Origin: a virus
IMG/VR virus record: IMGVR_UViG_3300046168_000026
Coordinates: 96,001-160,000 of that record
Length of the DNA: 64,000 bases
Direction: 5' to 3' (one strand)
The notes under the pieces are model-generated. The model was not told where the DNA came from. It ran no database searches and saw only the letters and a program-made list of their open reading frames with translations. Below are positions 47,927-58,071 of this stretch, piece after piece; the stretch's first letter is position 1, and every line of letters starts with the position of its first letter. The translations under genes were made by a program, and so were the position numbers.

Positions 47927-48589
47927 TTAATTACCTATCCCCATATAAAAGTTAGATGCTGAATAAAACATTCCACCTTCTTCATATGTAGGTGTAGAAC
48001 TTAATTCTTTAAACTTAATTACATTACTAACTCTAACGGAACCTGTTATATCTAAATTATTAGTAGTTGATTTGAAAGAACCTGTTGTTGTAAAGATTCC
48101 ACCAAAACTTGAACCCGTAAAAGTATTTAATGCAGCAATACTTGTATTTGCTGAACCTGTAAAGTTATTTAGTGGTGTGATTACACTACTAACACCACCT
48201 TTAAATGTAGTTGAGTTAGTATCTAATGTAACAGTTGCTGCACCACTTGTTGCACCACCACTTAAACCATTTCCTGCTACTACACTTGTAATATCACCGG
48301 CACCACCACCGCCGCCACCACTAATACCTAAATTAGTTGTATGGAATGATGCGGAATCATCCGTTCCATCATAACCCGGCGTAGAAAATGCAACAAACTT
48401 TCTTGTAACATATAATTGTTCGGTATGTTCTACCCAAATTACCTGTCCATCTCTAAGTCTGTCGTGATATATGCCTGTCATGTCTGAAGCAGAGGGTACA
48501 GTAGTCCAACCACCTTGTACATATTGTACTGATGTGAATGAGCCCGAAGCCCCACTTCTTACATAAATATCACCTGCCGTTGTTGCCAT
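47927..48589 (-). CDS. Fibre-like structural protein
   Basis: Gly-rich linker, GDITSVVAGNGLSGGATSG motif. Confidence 0.6.
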   Translation of the reverse strand: MATTAGDIYVRSGASGSFTSVQYVQGGWTTVPSASDMTGIYHDRLRDGQVIWVEHTEQLYVTRKFVAFSTPGYDGTDDSASFHTTNLGISGGGGGGAGDITSVVAGNGLSGGATSGAATVTLDTNSTTFKGGVSSVITPLNNFTGSANTSIAALNTFTGSSFGGIFTTTGSFKSTTNNLDITGSVRVSNVIKFKELSSTPTYEEGGMFYSASNFYMGIGN

Positions 48590-48606
48590 TTATCTTCTTC
48601 CTTTTA

Positions 48607-51600
48607 TTATGGTGCTGACGCTGAGTCAGGCATTAAATAATATCTTGAGTTATTTGTATTTTCACCTTCTGCAAAAATCATTCCCCATCTTGTATATCCT
48701 TCTACTGCATTTTCAGTATTGAAATAATATACACCTGTTCCAATTGTACCAGGTATTGATGAGTCTTTTGCATATACATAGTATTCGTTTGCAGTACCCG
48801 TACTATCCGGCGGTACTCCATCATACATACTTACAGGTTTACCACCTTGATTCGATGCTGATGGGAATACTACTACTAATCTTTTTGAACCACCACTACT
48901 AAAGTTTATATATCCAAAACTTGATAGACCTGTTGCGCTACTATCTGATAGTGTTGTTTTTGAACTACTTCCAAATAATTGCATTGTACCACCAACATAT
49001 GTTGGACTGAATGTTGTACCAAGTGAACCACTTTGTAATTTTGCAATTACTGAACCTGCTTCGATTCCTACTCCATCACCACCACTATCACCCATAGATG
49101 CGATTGCAGCTGCTTCACTTGCCGCAGAACCACCATCCCAACCATAAACATATGTTTTCGCTACAGGGTTAAGAATTGTTATACTTCTATTGTAACTTGT
49201 TGACTTATCAAAGTTGTCAAATACTGATGCGCTATAATTGTAAGTAACACCACTACTGATTATGCCTGTATTTTGTAGTTGATATGATGATGAGTTTGCA
49301 TTTTGTGGTACAAGTTTTAAATTACCTGCGTGTGTTCCACCTAATGAAGCTGAGAATGGTGTATCCGATTCTGTATCTGATATAGTAATCGTTGTAAGAT
49401 TAGTTGATGCCGCAACTGATGCGGTCATGTTTGCACCTACTTCATTAAATGTTGCAGTTGGTGCTTGGTTTGCGAATACATTTACTGTTACCGAACCACT
49501 TCCTATATTATCAAATTGGTCTCTGTATGTTATTGTTGATGTAATTGCATCACCACTACCTGTACTTGAACCACTAACATGAACTTTCATTGTTAAGTTA
49601 CCACTATTGTTAATACCAATTGCGGCGTTGGATGATGTAAATGATTGAACTGCGGCTGAGTTATATTGTGGTGAATAACTTACTGTTAATTGAGATGCGT
49701 TACCATTTCCAAACCCAGTAGCGTCTCTAAGTACAGAACCACTAACTGCAGATTCTATAATATATGATGTTGTATCACCACCTAAAGTACCGATTGGTGA
49801 TTGAGCGATTGTTACACTATGTTTAGTAGTACCTGTTCTAAATCCATGACTATCTTTTATAGATGCCGTCATTTGATAAGCAGAACCACTTAAATTATTT
49901 TTTGGTTGTACTAAATAAGTATCACCAGATTTATATGCATTTAATTGACCACTTGGGTCTGTAAAAGTAAATGAAGTATGGTTTAGTGAATCACTTTCTG
50001 TATCTGTAAATGATATTGTTGAAAGTGTACTTCCACTTCTTGCACCATTTGTATTTAAGTTTGCAGATGTGTTACTGAAACTTGGAACTGGTGCATTATT
50101 GATAACAACTGATATATTTTGATTTACATATTGTTTAGTTGTTTCGAATCCATGCTCTGATGCAGTTAGTTCTACTGCAATTGTACTTCCACTTGCGTAT
50201 GCCGAACCACTTAGGTTATTTGCAAGTTCTAATGTTGTTGAAGAACCCGTTGCACTTGTTAATGTAATTAAATTACCTGTTGATTTAACTTCCCATCGTT
50301 GAGATGCCGCTGATGACCATTGTGCACTTGTTCCTGTTCTACCATTTGAGATAATTTTAATATCATCACCACTTGTTGCAGATTCTATAACATATAAGTT
50401 ACTCCAATTATCAGATATTGAGCTTGCCGCGTCATCTGCGATATTAATTCTAATTAAACCTGTATCAGATGTTGTATTAAATGCGTCTTTTACTGTTACT
50501 TGGTAAAAATATCTATTTGCAACATCAGAATTTAGATAAACTCCATTCCTTCTTGTTACAACACCTGCAGAACTACATTGGAATGGATTAGAATGTGGGT
50601 CATATAGTGAATTACCACCTAAAGATGAGGTAATATTTGAACCACCATCTAAATTTGCTTCTTTTAATGTAAAATTACTAAATACAATAGTATCACTCGT
50701 TGGGTCTGTTGCGGTTATTGTACCAACACTTGCACCATTACTACTATTTTCATTAATACTACCCAATGTTTGGTCATTTACTGTTGGACTTATGTTATCA
50801 ACAACTTTTATTTGGAATGGTAAGTATGCAATTGCTTCAGTATCATCACCACTTACATAGTGTTCATCACTTGCAGTTAAAACTAACTCATATTTTGGTG
50901 TAGTTTCATAATCCAATGATGATGTTGTCTGATTTAACTGAACATATGTACTTGCTTTAGTAATTGTAAATCCACTTGGGACTGAACCACTACCAATTGT
51001 GATTGTATCACTCTCATCATCGGTGAAATAAACTCTAACTTTGTTACTTGCCGCTGCTGAGTTTTCGTTTAGTGATTGTGTAAATGTAGTTACCACAGAA
51101 CCACCGACTGATGTTTGTCTCCACTTCGGTGGAGTGTTAGGTGTTACCCTAATGTATATTGTTTTTGAACCAACACCTGCGAATGTATCTACTGCTTCTA
51201 CTAAGAATGGATGTGAACCACTACCTGGTGTGTTATCAGTATTTAATGATGCCGTTGATTTTGTATTTAGTGTTATAGCTCCATTTGATGCTATTCTAAA
51301 TTTATCTGCCGTATAAGAACTTGCAGTTCTAAATGTAATCGATTGTCCTTCTGCGTCTGTTGCACTAACAGTTCCAACAGAAGACCCACTTGCTACAAAT
51401 TCACCAATTGTAAATCCAGTTGTACTAATTGATGGTACTGTATTTGGAAAGAATACCTTTTCAACAAAGTCTGATAAAGAAGTAGTTGTTCCAAAGTTAT
51501 TATTGTAAACACCTGATGGTAAGTCTGTATTTGATACGACTCGGTTTCCATCAAATGAAACAAAAGATGCGGTAGCTACCGACATTGAAGAAGTCTGATT

Positions 51601-52866
51601 GTTAGATATAGCTGACCCTGTAAAAGTATTCAATGCACTAATGTCGGTTGAACCACCACCGCTACTACTACCCGTATTTGCGTTATCAATATAGATAACC
51701 CCACCCATATTTGCATGAGCAGTACATTGATAATATAAAACTCTTGGTGAATCGAATTGTACATTCCAAGTTAATGTTCCATTTGAAACATTATTGTTTG
51801 TTATACCATCATTGTACTCAGAACCTGCCGAACCATTAGGAGTTGATTGAATCCTAAATGGGTGAGCTCCCATATTATTTATAAATTTATACTTTTGACC
51901 TCTTGTTAAATAAAGAGTTGGGTCATTTTCTGCACCTATTAAACCTGGACCAGTAAATGTGTAATGACTATTCCCATCTGCACCCAATGTCCATTGTGAA
52001 GTATAGTTACTTAGTTCGGATACCGATGAGGAGTTAACACTTGTTATTGAAGATGATATTAACCCACTTGGTAATTGTACCGAAGATGATATTAACCCAC
52101 TTGGTAATTGTACCGAAGATGATACCAATCCACTTGGTAATTGTACCGAAGATGATATTAACCCACTTGGTAATGATACCGAACTTGTATTGATTGTAAC
52201 TGTAACTGCGTTACCATCATTGGTTGCCGTAACTGCGTTACCTACAAAATCAAAACTACGAACTATTTTACTTAGTGCAGTTCCTTCATCTGATGCAGTT
52301 ATGTTTAATCCGGCTCCACCACCACCGCCACCTGAAAGTGATGATAAATCTACTGAATTTCCACCTGAAATACTTAATGAGTTGTTTCCATCATTAAATG
52401 ATAATGTTTGTTCTGAACCTGTACTATCTGTGGTTGAGAATCCTAATGCCGTTATTTGTGCAGATGATGATATTGTTCCATCAGGAAGTGTATCACCACC
52501 ACTACCAAATCCTGCGGCTGCAGCACTTGCCGATGTTAAATAACCGGCACCTTCAACATTTGTTAATCTTGTTGCTAAAGATGATGAGGTAGTACCAAAC
52601 GCTCCTGATATTTCTGCTTTTGTGTAATTATTTCTTGCTTCTAATGATGTGATTCTTGTAGAAATAGAACCTGATGTAATTGGATATACTTTTTGTCTAA
52701 AGTTATTTGCTGCAGTTATCGAGTTCTTTTGAAATGCAGTTATTGTTTGAGGTCTATTCTGTATAGAATTATATGTTACTTGCGCAGATGATGATATTAC
52801 ACCATTAGATGATGTTATATCCCCAAAGAATGAACCGCTAAATGAACCTGAATAGTCGAATGGCAT
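48607..52866 (-). CDS. Large virion surface protein with a cupredoxin-like domain and cadherin-like repeats
   Basis: HPF...YYQCTAHANMGG; repeated ENS..G..VGT..ATD and LDYE motifs; Ser/Thr-rich. Confidence 0.7.
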   Translation of the reverse strand: MPFDYSGSFSGSFFGDITSSNGVISSSAQVTYNSIQNRPQTITAFQKNSITAANNFRQKVYPITSGSISTRITSLEARNNYTKAEISGAFGTTSSSLATRLTNVEGAGYLTSASAAAAGFGSGGDTLPDGTISSSAQITALGFSTTDSTGSEQTLSFNDGNNSLSISGGNSVDLSSLSGGGGGGAGLNITASDEGTALSKIVRSFDFVGNAVTATNDGNAVTVTINTSSVSLPSGLISSSVQLPSGLVSSSVQLPSGLISSSVQLPSGLISSSITSVNSSSVSELSNYTSQWTLGADGNSHYTFTGPGLIGAENDPTLYLTRGQKYKFINNMGAHPFRIQSTPNGSAGSEYNDGITNNNVSNGTLTWNVQFDSPRVLYYQCTAHANMGGVIYIDNANTGSSSGGGSTDISALNTFTGSAISNNQTSSMSVATASFVSFDGNRVVSNTDLPSGVYNNNFGTTTSLSDFVEKVFFPNTVPSISTTGFTIGEFVASGSSVGTVSATDAEGQSITFRTASSYTADKFRIASNGAITLNTKSTASLNTDNTPGSGSHPFLVEAVDTFAGVGSKTIYIRVTPNTPPKWRQTSVGGSVVTTFTQSLNENSAAASNKVRVYFTDDESDTITIGSGSVPSGFTITKASTYVQLNQTTSSLDYETTPKYELVLTASDEHYVSGDDTEAIAYLPFQIKVVDNISPTVNDQTLGSINENSSNGASVGTITATDPTSDTIVFSNFTLKEANLDGGSNITSSLGGNSLYDPHSNPFQCSSAGVVTRRNGVYLNSDVANRYFYQVTVKDAFNTTSDTGLIRINIADDAASSISDNWSNLYVIESATSGDDIKIISNGRTGTSAQWSSAASQRWEVKSTGNLITLTSATGSSTTLELANNLSGSAYASGSTIAVELTASEHGFETTKQYVNQNISVVINNAPVPSFSNTSANLNTNGARSGSTLSTISFTDTESDSLNHTSFTFTDPSGQLNAYKSGDTYLVQPKNNLSGSAYQMTASIKDSHGFRTGTTKHSVTIAQSPIGTLGGDTTSYIIESAVSGSVLRDATGFGNGNASQLTVSYSPQYNSAAVQSFTSSNAAIGINNSGNLTMKVHVSGSSTGSGDAITSTITYRDQFDNIGSGSVTVNVFANQAPTATFNEVGANMTASVAASTNLTTITISDTESDTPFSASLGGTHAGNLKLVPQNANSSSYQLQNTGIISSGVTYNYSASVFDNFDKSTSYNRSITILNPVAKTYVYGWDGGSAASEAAAIASMGDSGGDGVGIEAGSVIAKLQSGSLGTTFSPTYVGGTMQLFGSSSKTTLSDSSATGLSSFGYINFSSGGSKRLVVVFPSASNQGGKPVSMYDGVPPDSTGTANEYYVYAKDSSIPGTIGTGVYYFNTENAVEGYTRWGMIFAEGENTNNSRYYLMPDSASAP
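52045..52175 (-). repeat. Four 33-nt (11-aa) repeats, LPSGL(I/V)SSSVQ
   Basis: Directly visible tandem repeat. Confidence 0.85.
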
Positions 52867-52931
52867 CTATTTTTTCTCCAATTAAAATACTTTTACCTAT
52901 ATAAATAGTTTATTATTTTCAATAACTGAAA

Positions 52932-53594
52932 TTAATCATATGAAAATAATAATTTTAAGACTTCATCCAAAGATTCGTGTCTATGGTTGTCTTTTAAGTT
53001 TACATTAAAAACAAATAACGATTCCTTCAGTTTATGAACTTCGTGTACCGCTGAGTCGTTTGCAAATTTTAAATCTATTTGTTGAGGGTCACCACATAAC
53101 ATCATTGTAGAGTGTTTACCCAAACGACCCAAGACCATAGCTAATTGTTGTTTAGTTAAGTTTTGAAACTCGTCTACTATAACTATTGAATTATCAAAAG
53201 TTCTTCCTCTAAAGTGTGATAAAGATACTAATTCAATATTCTCATCCTTTTCCATCTTTTCTAAGATTGTAGGTTTGTTGTAGACTTTTCTCATATTAGA
53301 ACGAATTGGAACTAACCAGGGTTCCATTTTTTCATCTAATGAGCCAGGTAAGAATCCGTTGTCTTCATTTGATATGGTAGGTCTTGTTATAACTATTTTA
53401 TTAACTTCTCGTTTAAAAAAACTATCAAGTGCAATCTGAACTGCTAATAGTGTTTTACCACTACCTGCTTTTCCTAATATAAAATTAAATGGATGATTTC
53501 TTATTTGTGCTTTTGCTTGTTTTTGCTCTTCTGATAAACTTATTGAAAATCTAACATTTCCTTTTGGAGCTTTCTTCGCGATATTCTCTGCCAT
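52932..53594 (-). CDS. phoH: PhoH-like ATPase
   Basis: GKAGSGKT, GFLPG, RGRTF, DEFQN, GDPQQID; start at MAENI behind a GAGGA SD. Confidence 0.92.
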   Translation of the reverse strand: MAENIAKKAPKGNVRFSISLSEEQKQAKAQIRNHPFNFILGKAGSGKTLLAVQIALDSFFKREVNKIVITRPTISNEDNGFLPGSLDEKMEPWLVPIRSNMRKVYNKPTILEKMEKDENIELVSLSHFRGRTFDNSIVIVDEFQNLTKQQLAMVLGRLGKHSTMMLCGDPQQIDLKFANDSAVHEVHKLKESLFVFNVNLKDNHRHESLDEVLKLLFSYD

Positions 53595-53635
53595 AGACAA
53601 TCCTCTTTTGGTTTATTATAAATATCCGTAGGCAT

Positions 53636-53665
53636 AAAAAAAAGGGTGACCGAAGCCACCCTTTT
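53636..53665 (-). terminator. Intrinsic terminator after the major capsid gene
   Basis: Minus strand AGGGTGGC-TTCG-GTCACCCT then T-run (UUCG tetraloop). Confidence 0.85.
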
Positions 53666-53691
53666 AATAACATTAAGTTATAATCTTATGA

Positions 53692-55353
53692 TTATCCGCT
53701 TATTGCCTCTAAACCATGACAAATTACTTTACCATAGAACTCACCTCTTACCATTTGTTTAGCGTAACGAGTCATTACACCTTTTCTTGGTTGGAAGTTA
53801 GTTGGGTCATACACAAGAGGAGTCATAATTAATGGAATGTATGGAGCGTAAACTGCACCAGTTTCCAAGAATTGAGAACCTTTGAATCCTAATAGAATTA
53901 CATTCTCTTTCATGTATGGGTTTTTGTACACTTGGTATCTGTTAGCGAAAGAACCTACTTGGCTTACACCAAACGCAAATTGCATTTCGTTACCTGTACC
54001 ATTTGACTGATAACCTGGAATAGACTCGATGATAGTAGCAACATCAGGAGATACTACCATAAAGTTTGCTCCACCTCTCATTGTCTTAGCGTGGATTTGG
54101 TTAGAAACTCTCTGTAACTGAGTACCTAAAGTCTGGAACCATTGTTGTTGAGTATATCTCTCAACTGCTGCGTTAAGACCACTTGAAGTGAATTTACTAC
54201 CATCCCAAGAATATCCGATTCTAGCAGACCACTTAGCTTCAGTTAAAGCGTTTTCCATTAACATATCTAAGATTTCTAAGTCAATCTCTTGTGAGATGTA
54301 CTCAGATAACATAGAAGTTAATTCAGCTTCAGCGTCAATTGAGTGATAAGCGTTTAAATCTTGTGCGAACTCAGGAGTCCATTGTGCTTTCAACTTTCTT
54401 GTCTTAGCTACGATTGGAACACTTCTAAGTTCAACATTCAATTCTGGAATACCTAAGTCTGAACCACCTGAAGTTGTGTCTTCAAAGTCACCTCTTGTAA
54501 TGTCAGTTGGTTGCTTTTGGTATTTTACTTTAACACCAGCGATTGCGTTAGTAGCACCTACTAATTTAACCATGAATGATACTGAGTTAGACCCAGAAAC
54601 ATTTGCTTTAGTGTATGCAGGATAGTAAGCTGCGATGTTAGAACCACTAATTTCGAATGCTCTTACGCCTTCTAAATCAGCACCACTTAACGATGCGTTA
54701 GCTACTGTTACTCTTCTTAACAATGCTCTATCAGCTGCTGATAAAGATTGTGAGAAGCTTGAATCATAATCGATTGCTGGGTCTAAAGCGACACCATTTG
54801 CGAATGATTCAGATGTAAATGTACTAGCTGCCGCTACTGCTCCAGCTGCTGCTTGAGTTAAAGGTCCAGATTCAGTCTCGTTGATTGAATATGCAAATCT
54901 TCCTGCTCCGTAAAGACCTTCACTTGCTTCACTTGCAGTTTCAGTTACACCGAATACTGAGTCAGTTTGTGAATCTTTACCTGCACCAGTTTCAAATCCT
55001 GGTTGTGCAGTACCATATTTAAAGTCTAAGTAAAATACCAGACCTGATGGTAAGTTCATTGGTTGTACGCTAACGAATTCTTTTGCAGCGATTTCGCTGA
55101 AAATTCTTCTAACCAATGGAAGTGCTACACCTGCCCACTCTTCAGAGTTTGCGGATGTACCTGTTGAAGAAGCTTCTTTTACTAATTCTCTTGCTTGGTT
55201 TTCAAGTAGAGTAGCAATAGTACTTCTTTCAAAATCAGACTCGATACCTTCTAAAAGGCCAGTCTTGTCCCACTTAGATACTAATCCTTTTGCCTCATCA
55301 GACATTTTCTTAGTATACCCAGCGGATTCGTTTAATAATGAATTTGTATCCAT
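53692..55353 (-). CDS. Major capsid protein (T4 gp23-like)
   Basis: LLENQ, PLVRR, VQPMNLPSGLVF, KTRKLKAQWTPEFAQDL, YAPYIPL, GVMTRY. Confidence 0.96.
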   Translation of the reverse strand: MDTNSLLNESAGYTKKMSDEAKGLVSKWDKTGLLEGIESDFERSTIATLLENQARELVKEASSTGTSANSEEWAGVALPLVRRIFSEIAAKEFVSVQPMNLPSGLVFYLDFKYGTAQPGFETGAGKDSQTDSVFGVTETASEASEGLYGAGRFAYSINETESGPLTQAAAGAVAAASTFTSESFANGVALDPAIDYDSSFSQSLSAADRALLRRVTVANASLSGADLEGVRAFEISGSNIAAYYPAYTKANVSGSNSVSFMVKLVGATNAIAGVKVKYQKQPTDITRGDFEDTTSGGSDLGIPELNVELRSVPIVAKTRKLKAQWTPEFAQDLNAYHSIDAEAELTSMLSEYISQEIDLEILDMLMENALTEAKWSARIGYSWDGSKFTSSGLNAAVERYTQQQWFQTLGTQLQRVSNQIHAKTMRGGANFMVVSPDVATIIESIPGYQSNGTGNEMQFAFGVSQVGSFANRYQVYKNPYMKENVILLGFKGSQFLETGAVYAPYIPLIMTPLVYDPTNFQPRKGVMTRYAKQMVRGEFYGKVICHGLEAISG

Positions 55354-55374
55354 TTTGATTTCTCCGTTTTTAAA

Positions 55375-56520
55375 TTATTTTATTAGTCCTGCTAACTTCT
55401 TAAATCTGTTAGCAACTTCGTTACCTTCAGAGATTATTGATTTGCTAGGTGCAGTACTTGCAGTTGGTTTAGAAGCGATTCCTTCTTTAACAACAGTTTT
55501 CTTTTTTCTTGCAACATTTAAGTTTTCACCTAATGTAGCAAAAACAAGCTTAACTTCTCTTAAGTTTGCAGCTCTATCAAAGTTCTCGATAACTTTAACT
55601 TTTTGTGACTCATTCAAATCAAAAGTTCTGAATAATTTGTTGGTGTAAAGTAGTTTAGCGTTTAAAAGATTAACTTCGTTGATAGTTCCTTTTAAAGATT
55701 CGATAGTAGCGTATGCTTCTTCCAACTCTTTATTTTCTTCTTCAACTTCTTCAGTCTCTTCAACTTCTTCTTCTTCGTTTACAACAGATTCTTCAACTTC
55801 TTCTTCTTCGTTTTCATCTACTTCTTCGTCTGACATTTCTTTTAATGTTTCAATGATTTCGTCAATATTTAACTCGTCATCGTTTTCGATGTCAGAAGAA
55901 TCGTTAGCATCATCAGATGGTTCAGCGTTTTCGCCGTCACCTAAATCAGATGAGTCAAGTTCTTCTTTTACTTCTTCTTCCTCTTCAACTTCTTCTTCGT
56001 TGATAGAAGCTTCTAATTCTTTAATTACAGATTCTAAATCAAGTTCGTCTTCGTCCATTTCATCTTCGTCCATGTCATTCATTTCGTCTGCAGGCGCTTC
56101 TTCTTCTGCTTCTTCAGCAGCTTCTTCTTCGTCATGCATTTCGTCTTCATGTCCATCAACAACATCAGATGCGATGTCTTCGACTTCTTCTTTATCTTCT
56201 GTATCTAATTCCTCGTCAGCTACTTCCTCTTCAGATACTTCATCATCAGACTCGTCCATATCTTCGTTTTCGTCAGCTACTTCTTCACCTTCATAGGTTT
56301 CGTCAGCAACTTCCTCATCAGATGCCATTGCCATTTCGTCAGCAACTTCATCTTCTTCGATATCGTCTTCGTCTAATTCTTCAGCAATCTTATGAGATAA
56401 CATTGATTGAAGTTTTGGAGTGAAGGCTTCTTCTAAGGCCATCTTTGCGTTTGCTAATGCAGTTTCTTTTACTGCCTTTGCGTCAGCGATAGCTTCTTTT
56501 AATAAATCAGATTTAGCCAT
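55375..56520 (-). CDS. Prohead core / scaffold protein (gp22-like)
   Basis: Highly acidic coiled coil directly upstream of the capsid gene. Confidence 0.8.
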   Translation of the reverse strand: MAKSDLLKEAIADAKAVKETALANAKMALEEAFTPKLQSMLSHKIAEELDEDDIEEDEVADEMAMASDEEVADETYEGEEVADENEDMDESDDEVSEEEVADEELDTEDKEEVEDIASDVVDGHEDEMHDEEEAAEEAEEEAPADEMNDMDEDEMDEDELDLESVIKELEASINEEEVEEEEEVKEELDSSDLGDGENAEPSDDANDSSDIENDDELNIDEIIETLKEMSDEEVDENEEEEVEESVVNEEEEVEETEEVEEENKELEEAYATIESLKGTINEVNLLNAKLLYTNKLFRTFDLNESQKVKVIENFDRAANLREVKLVFATLGENLNVARKKKTVVKEGIASKPTASTAPSKSIISEGNEVANRFKKLAGLIK

Positions 56521-56680
56521 TTCTGTCTCTCCTTAATTAAATTTTGGATAATAAGATTATTTGGAATCTTAATAGTGATTACTATTATAAAAATAAGTGA
56601 CCACTCATTGGGGAGTGGTATTGTGTTCGGTTTATAAATATAGGTCTAAAACCAAAAACAGTAAGTGTTTACTATTTTAT

Positions 56681-56929
56681 TTAATCGTTTGACCTAATTC
56701 TTCTTATATATTCTGCTCTGATAGCGTCCATCTTTTGTTTTCTTTTAACTGCGGATGGTTTTATAAACTCTTTTCTGTCCTTAAGTTCTTGTAAGACATT
56801 TGATTCTTTAACTTGTCGTTTAAAAAACTTAAGTGCGGCTTCAATATTTCCGTTGATTACTTTTGCGGCTTTGAATTTACCAGGGATAATCATTTGTTCC
56901 CTTCTTACTTTTTTGTATCTTTTTTGCAT
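56681..56929 (-). CDS. rpsU: Phage-encoded ribosomal protein bS21 with a basic N-terminal extension
   Basis: VINGNIEAALKFFKRQV...LQELKDRKEFIKPSAVKR; start set at MQKRY. Confidence 0.85.
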   Translation of the reverse strand: MQKRYKKVRREQMIIPGKFKAAKVINGNIEAALKFFKRQVKESNVLQELKDRKEFIKPSAVKRKQKMDAIRAEYIRRIRSND

Positions 56930-57001
56930 ATATAAAAAATTAAACACCGGCCATTAGTGACCGATGTTAATAAATATAGAAATTATTTTAGTAAATATAA
57001 A

Positions 57002-57631
57002 TTATTTGAAATCTTTATCAGATGCTAACTTAGCACTATCTTTTTTGTAGAAGTCAATTAATGTTTTTAATCGTCTAGCATCAATAGTTACTGATTCATT
57101 ATTTTCTTTATCTTTTATAAGAAGCGTTGGTCGGTATTCAAATTGACTAACTGCAGATTTTATTTTAGCACTTCTAAAATATTTAATTACTTCTACAATT
57201 CTTTCCTTTGTGAATGGAACACCTTCAAGATAAAATAAACCAACTTGAGGACTGTAATGTGATGAGTAATCTTCGTTTACTGATTTTTTAGATTCTAATA
57301 GGTTCTTTTTGAATTTCTTTGATAATGTAACTACTGCCTTTATAACATCCTTAATATTTTTTGCATCTACTTGAGCGTATTGCTTTGAACCATCTTCAAT
57401 ACTAACATTGTATGGTTTGTCTTCATCTTCGTAATATCCAACGAATAATTGTGTTTCGCCACCATTACCTGCGTAGAATGTACTTGTGCCTGTATGGTAT
57501 TCAACATCGTCCATGTTAACTTCAACATCACGACCAATAGCTTTACTCATTGCCTTTGCGATGATTTTTTTCTCACCATCTTTTAATGCTGGGTCAGCCT
57601 TTTCGCTTAATAAGTTTTTTAGTTTTATCAT
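57002..57631 (-). CDS. Putative internal head protein
   Basis: N-terminal MIKLKNLLSE; head gene cluster. Confidence 0.55.
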   Translation of the reverse strand: MIKLKNLLSEKADPALKDGEKKIIAKAMSKAIGRDVEVNMDDVEYHTGTSTFYAGNGGETQLFVGYYEDEDKPYNVSIEDGSKQYAQVDAKNIKDVIKAVVTLSKKFKKNLLESKKSVNEDYSSHYSPQVGLFYLEGVPFTKERIVEVIKYFRSAKIKSAVSQFEYRPTLLIKDKENNESVTIDARRLKTLIDFYKKDSAKLASDKDFK

Positions 57632-57639
57632 AATGTTCC

Positions 57640-58071
57640 TTAACTCGCGTACTTCATTAATTCTTTAACTTTCTTTTCCATAGCAGGTACTTTGAGTCCA
57701 TATGTATTGGCCATCAACTCTTTCATGTATCCTGAGTTCATAAAGTTTTGTAATTCTTTTTTAGTTGCAACTGATGATTTAAAATCATTTTTTGCAATCT
57801 TATCTAATTCTTGTGCAGTTACTTTACCTTTCATATATGCGTTCATCGCATCTTGTTTGGTATTGTAGTTAGCTTCGTTTATACCCATATGAAGTCTACG
57901 ATTCATTCCAACACCTTCAGATAAGTCATCCACTTTATTTTTAAAGTCAACAAACAACTTTGCAAATTGCTGTCTTGTCTTAGGGTCTAACTTTTTAATA
58001 TTCTTAAGTGCTTTCTTGTACATAAAAGAAAGGTCTACTGAAATATCTTGTAAGATTTCCGTCTTATCCAT
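57640..58071 (-). CDS. Hypothetical, putative head-associated protein
   Basis: Operon context; internal LSE and INE sites. Confidence 0.55.
   Translation of the reverse strand: MDKTEILQDISVDLSFMYKKALKNIKKLDPKTRQQFAKLFVDFKNKVDDLSEGVGMNRRLHMGINEANYNTKQDAMNAYMKGKVTAQELDKIAKNDFKSSVATKKELQNFMNSGYMKELMANTYGLKVPAMEKKVKELMKYAS

Noticed and set aside
52932-53594. PhoH as a novel auxiliary gene
   Set aside because: Very common in large aquatic phages
55679-56296. 205-aa Ser-rich plus-strand ORF and other plus-strand ORFs
   Set aside because: Antisense shadows of biased minus-strand genes (GAA/GAT-rich scaffold); no supporting signals
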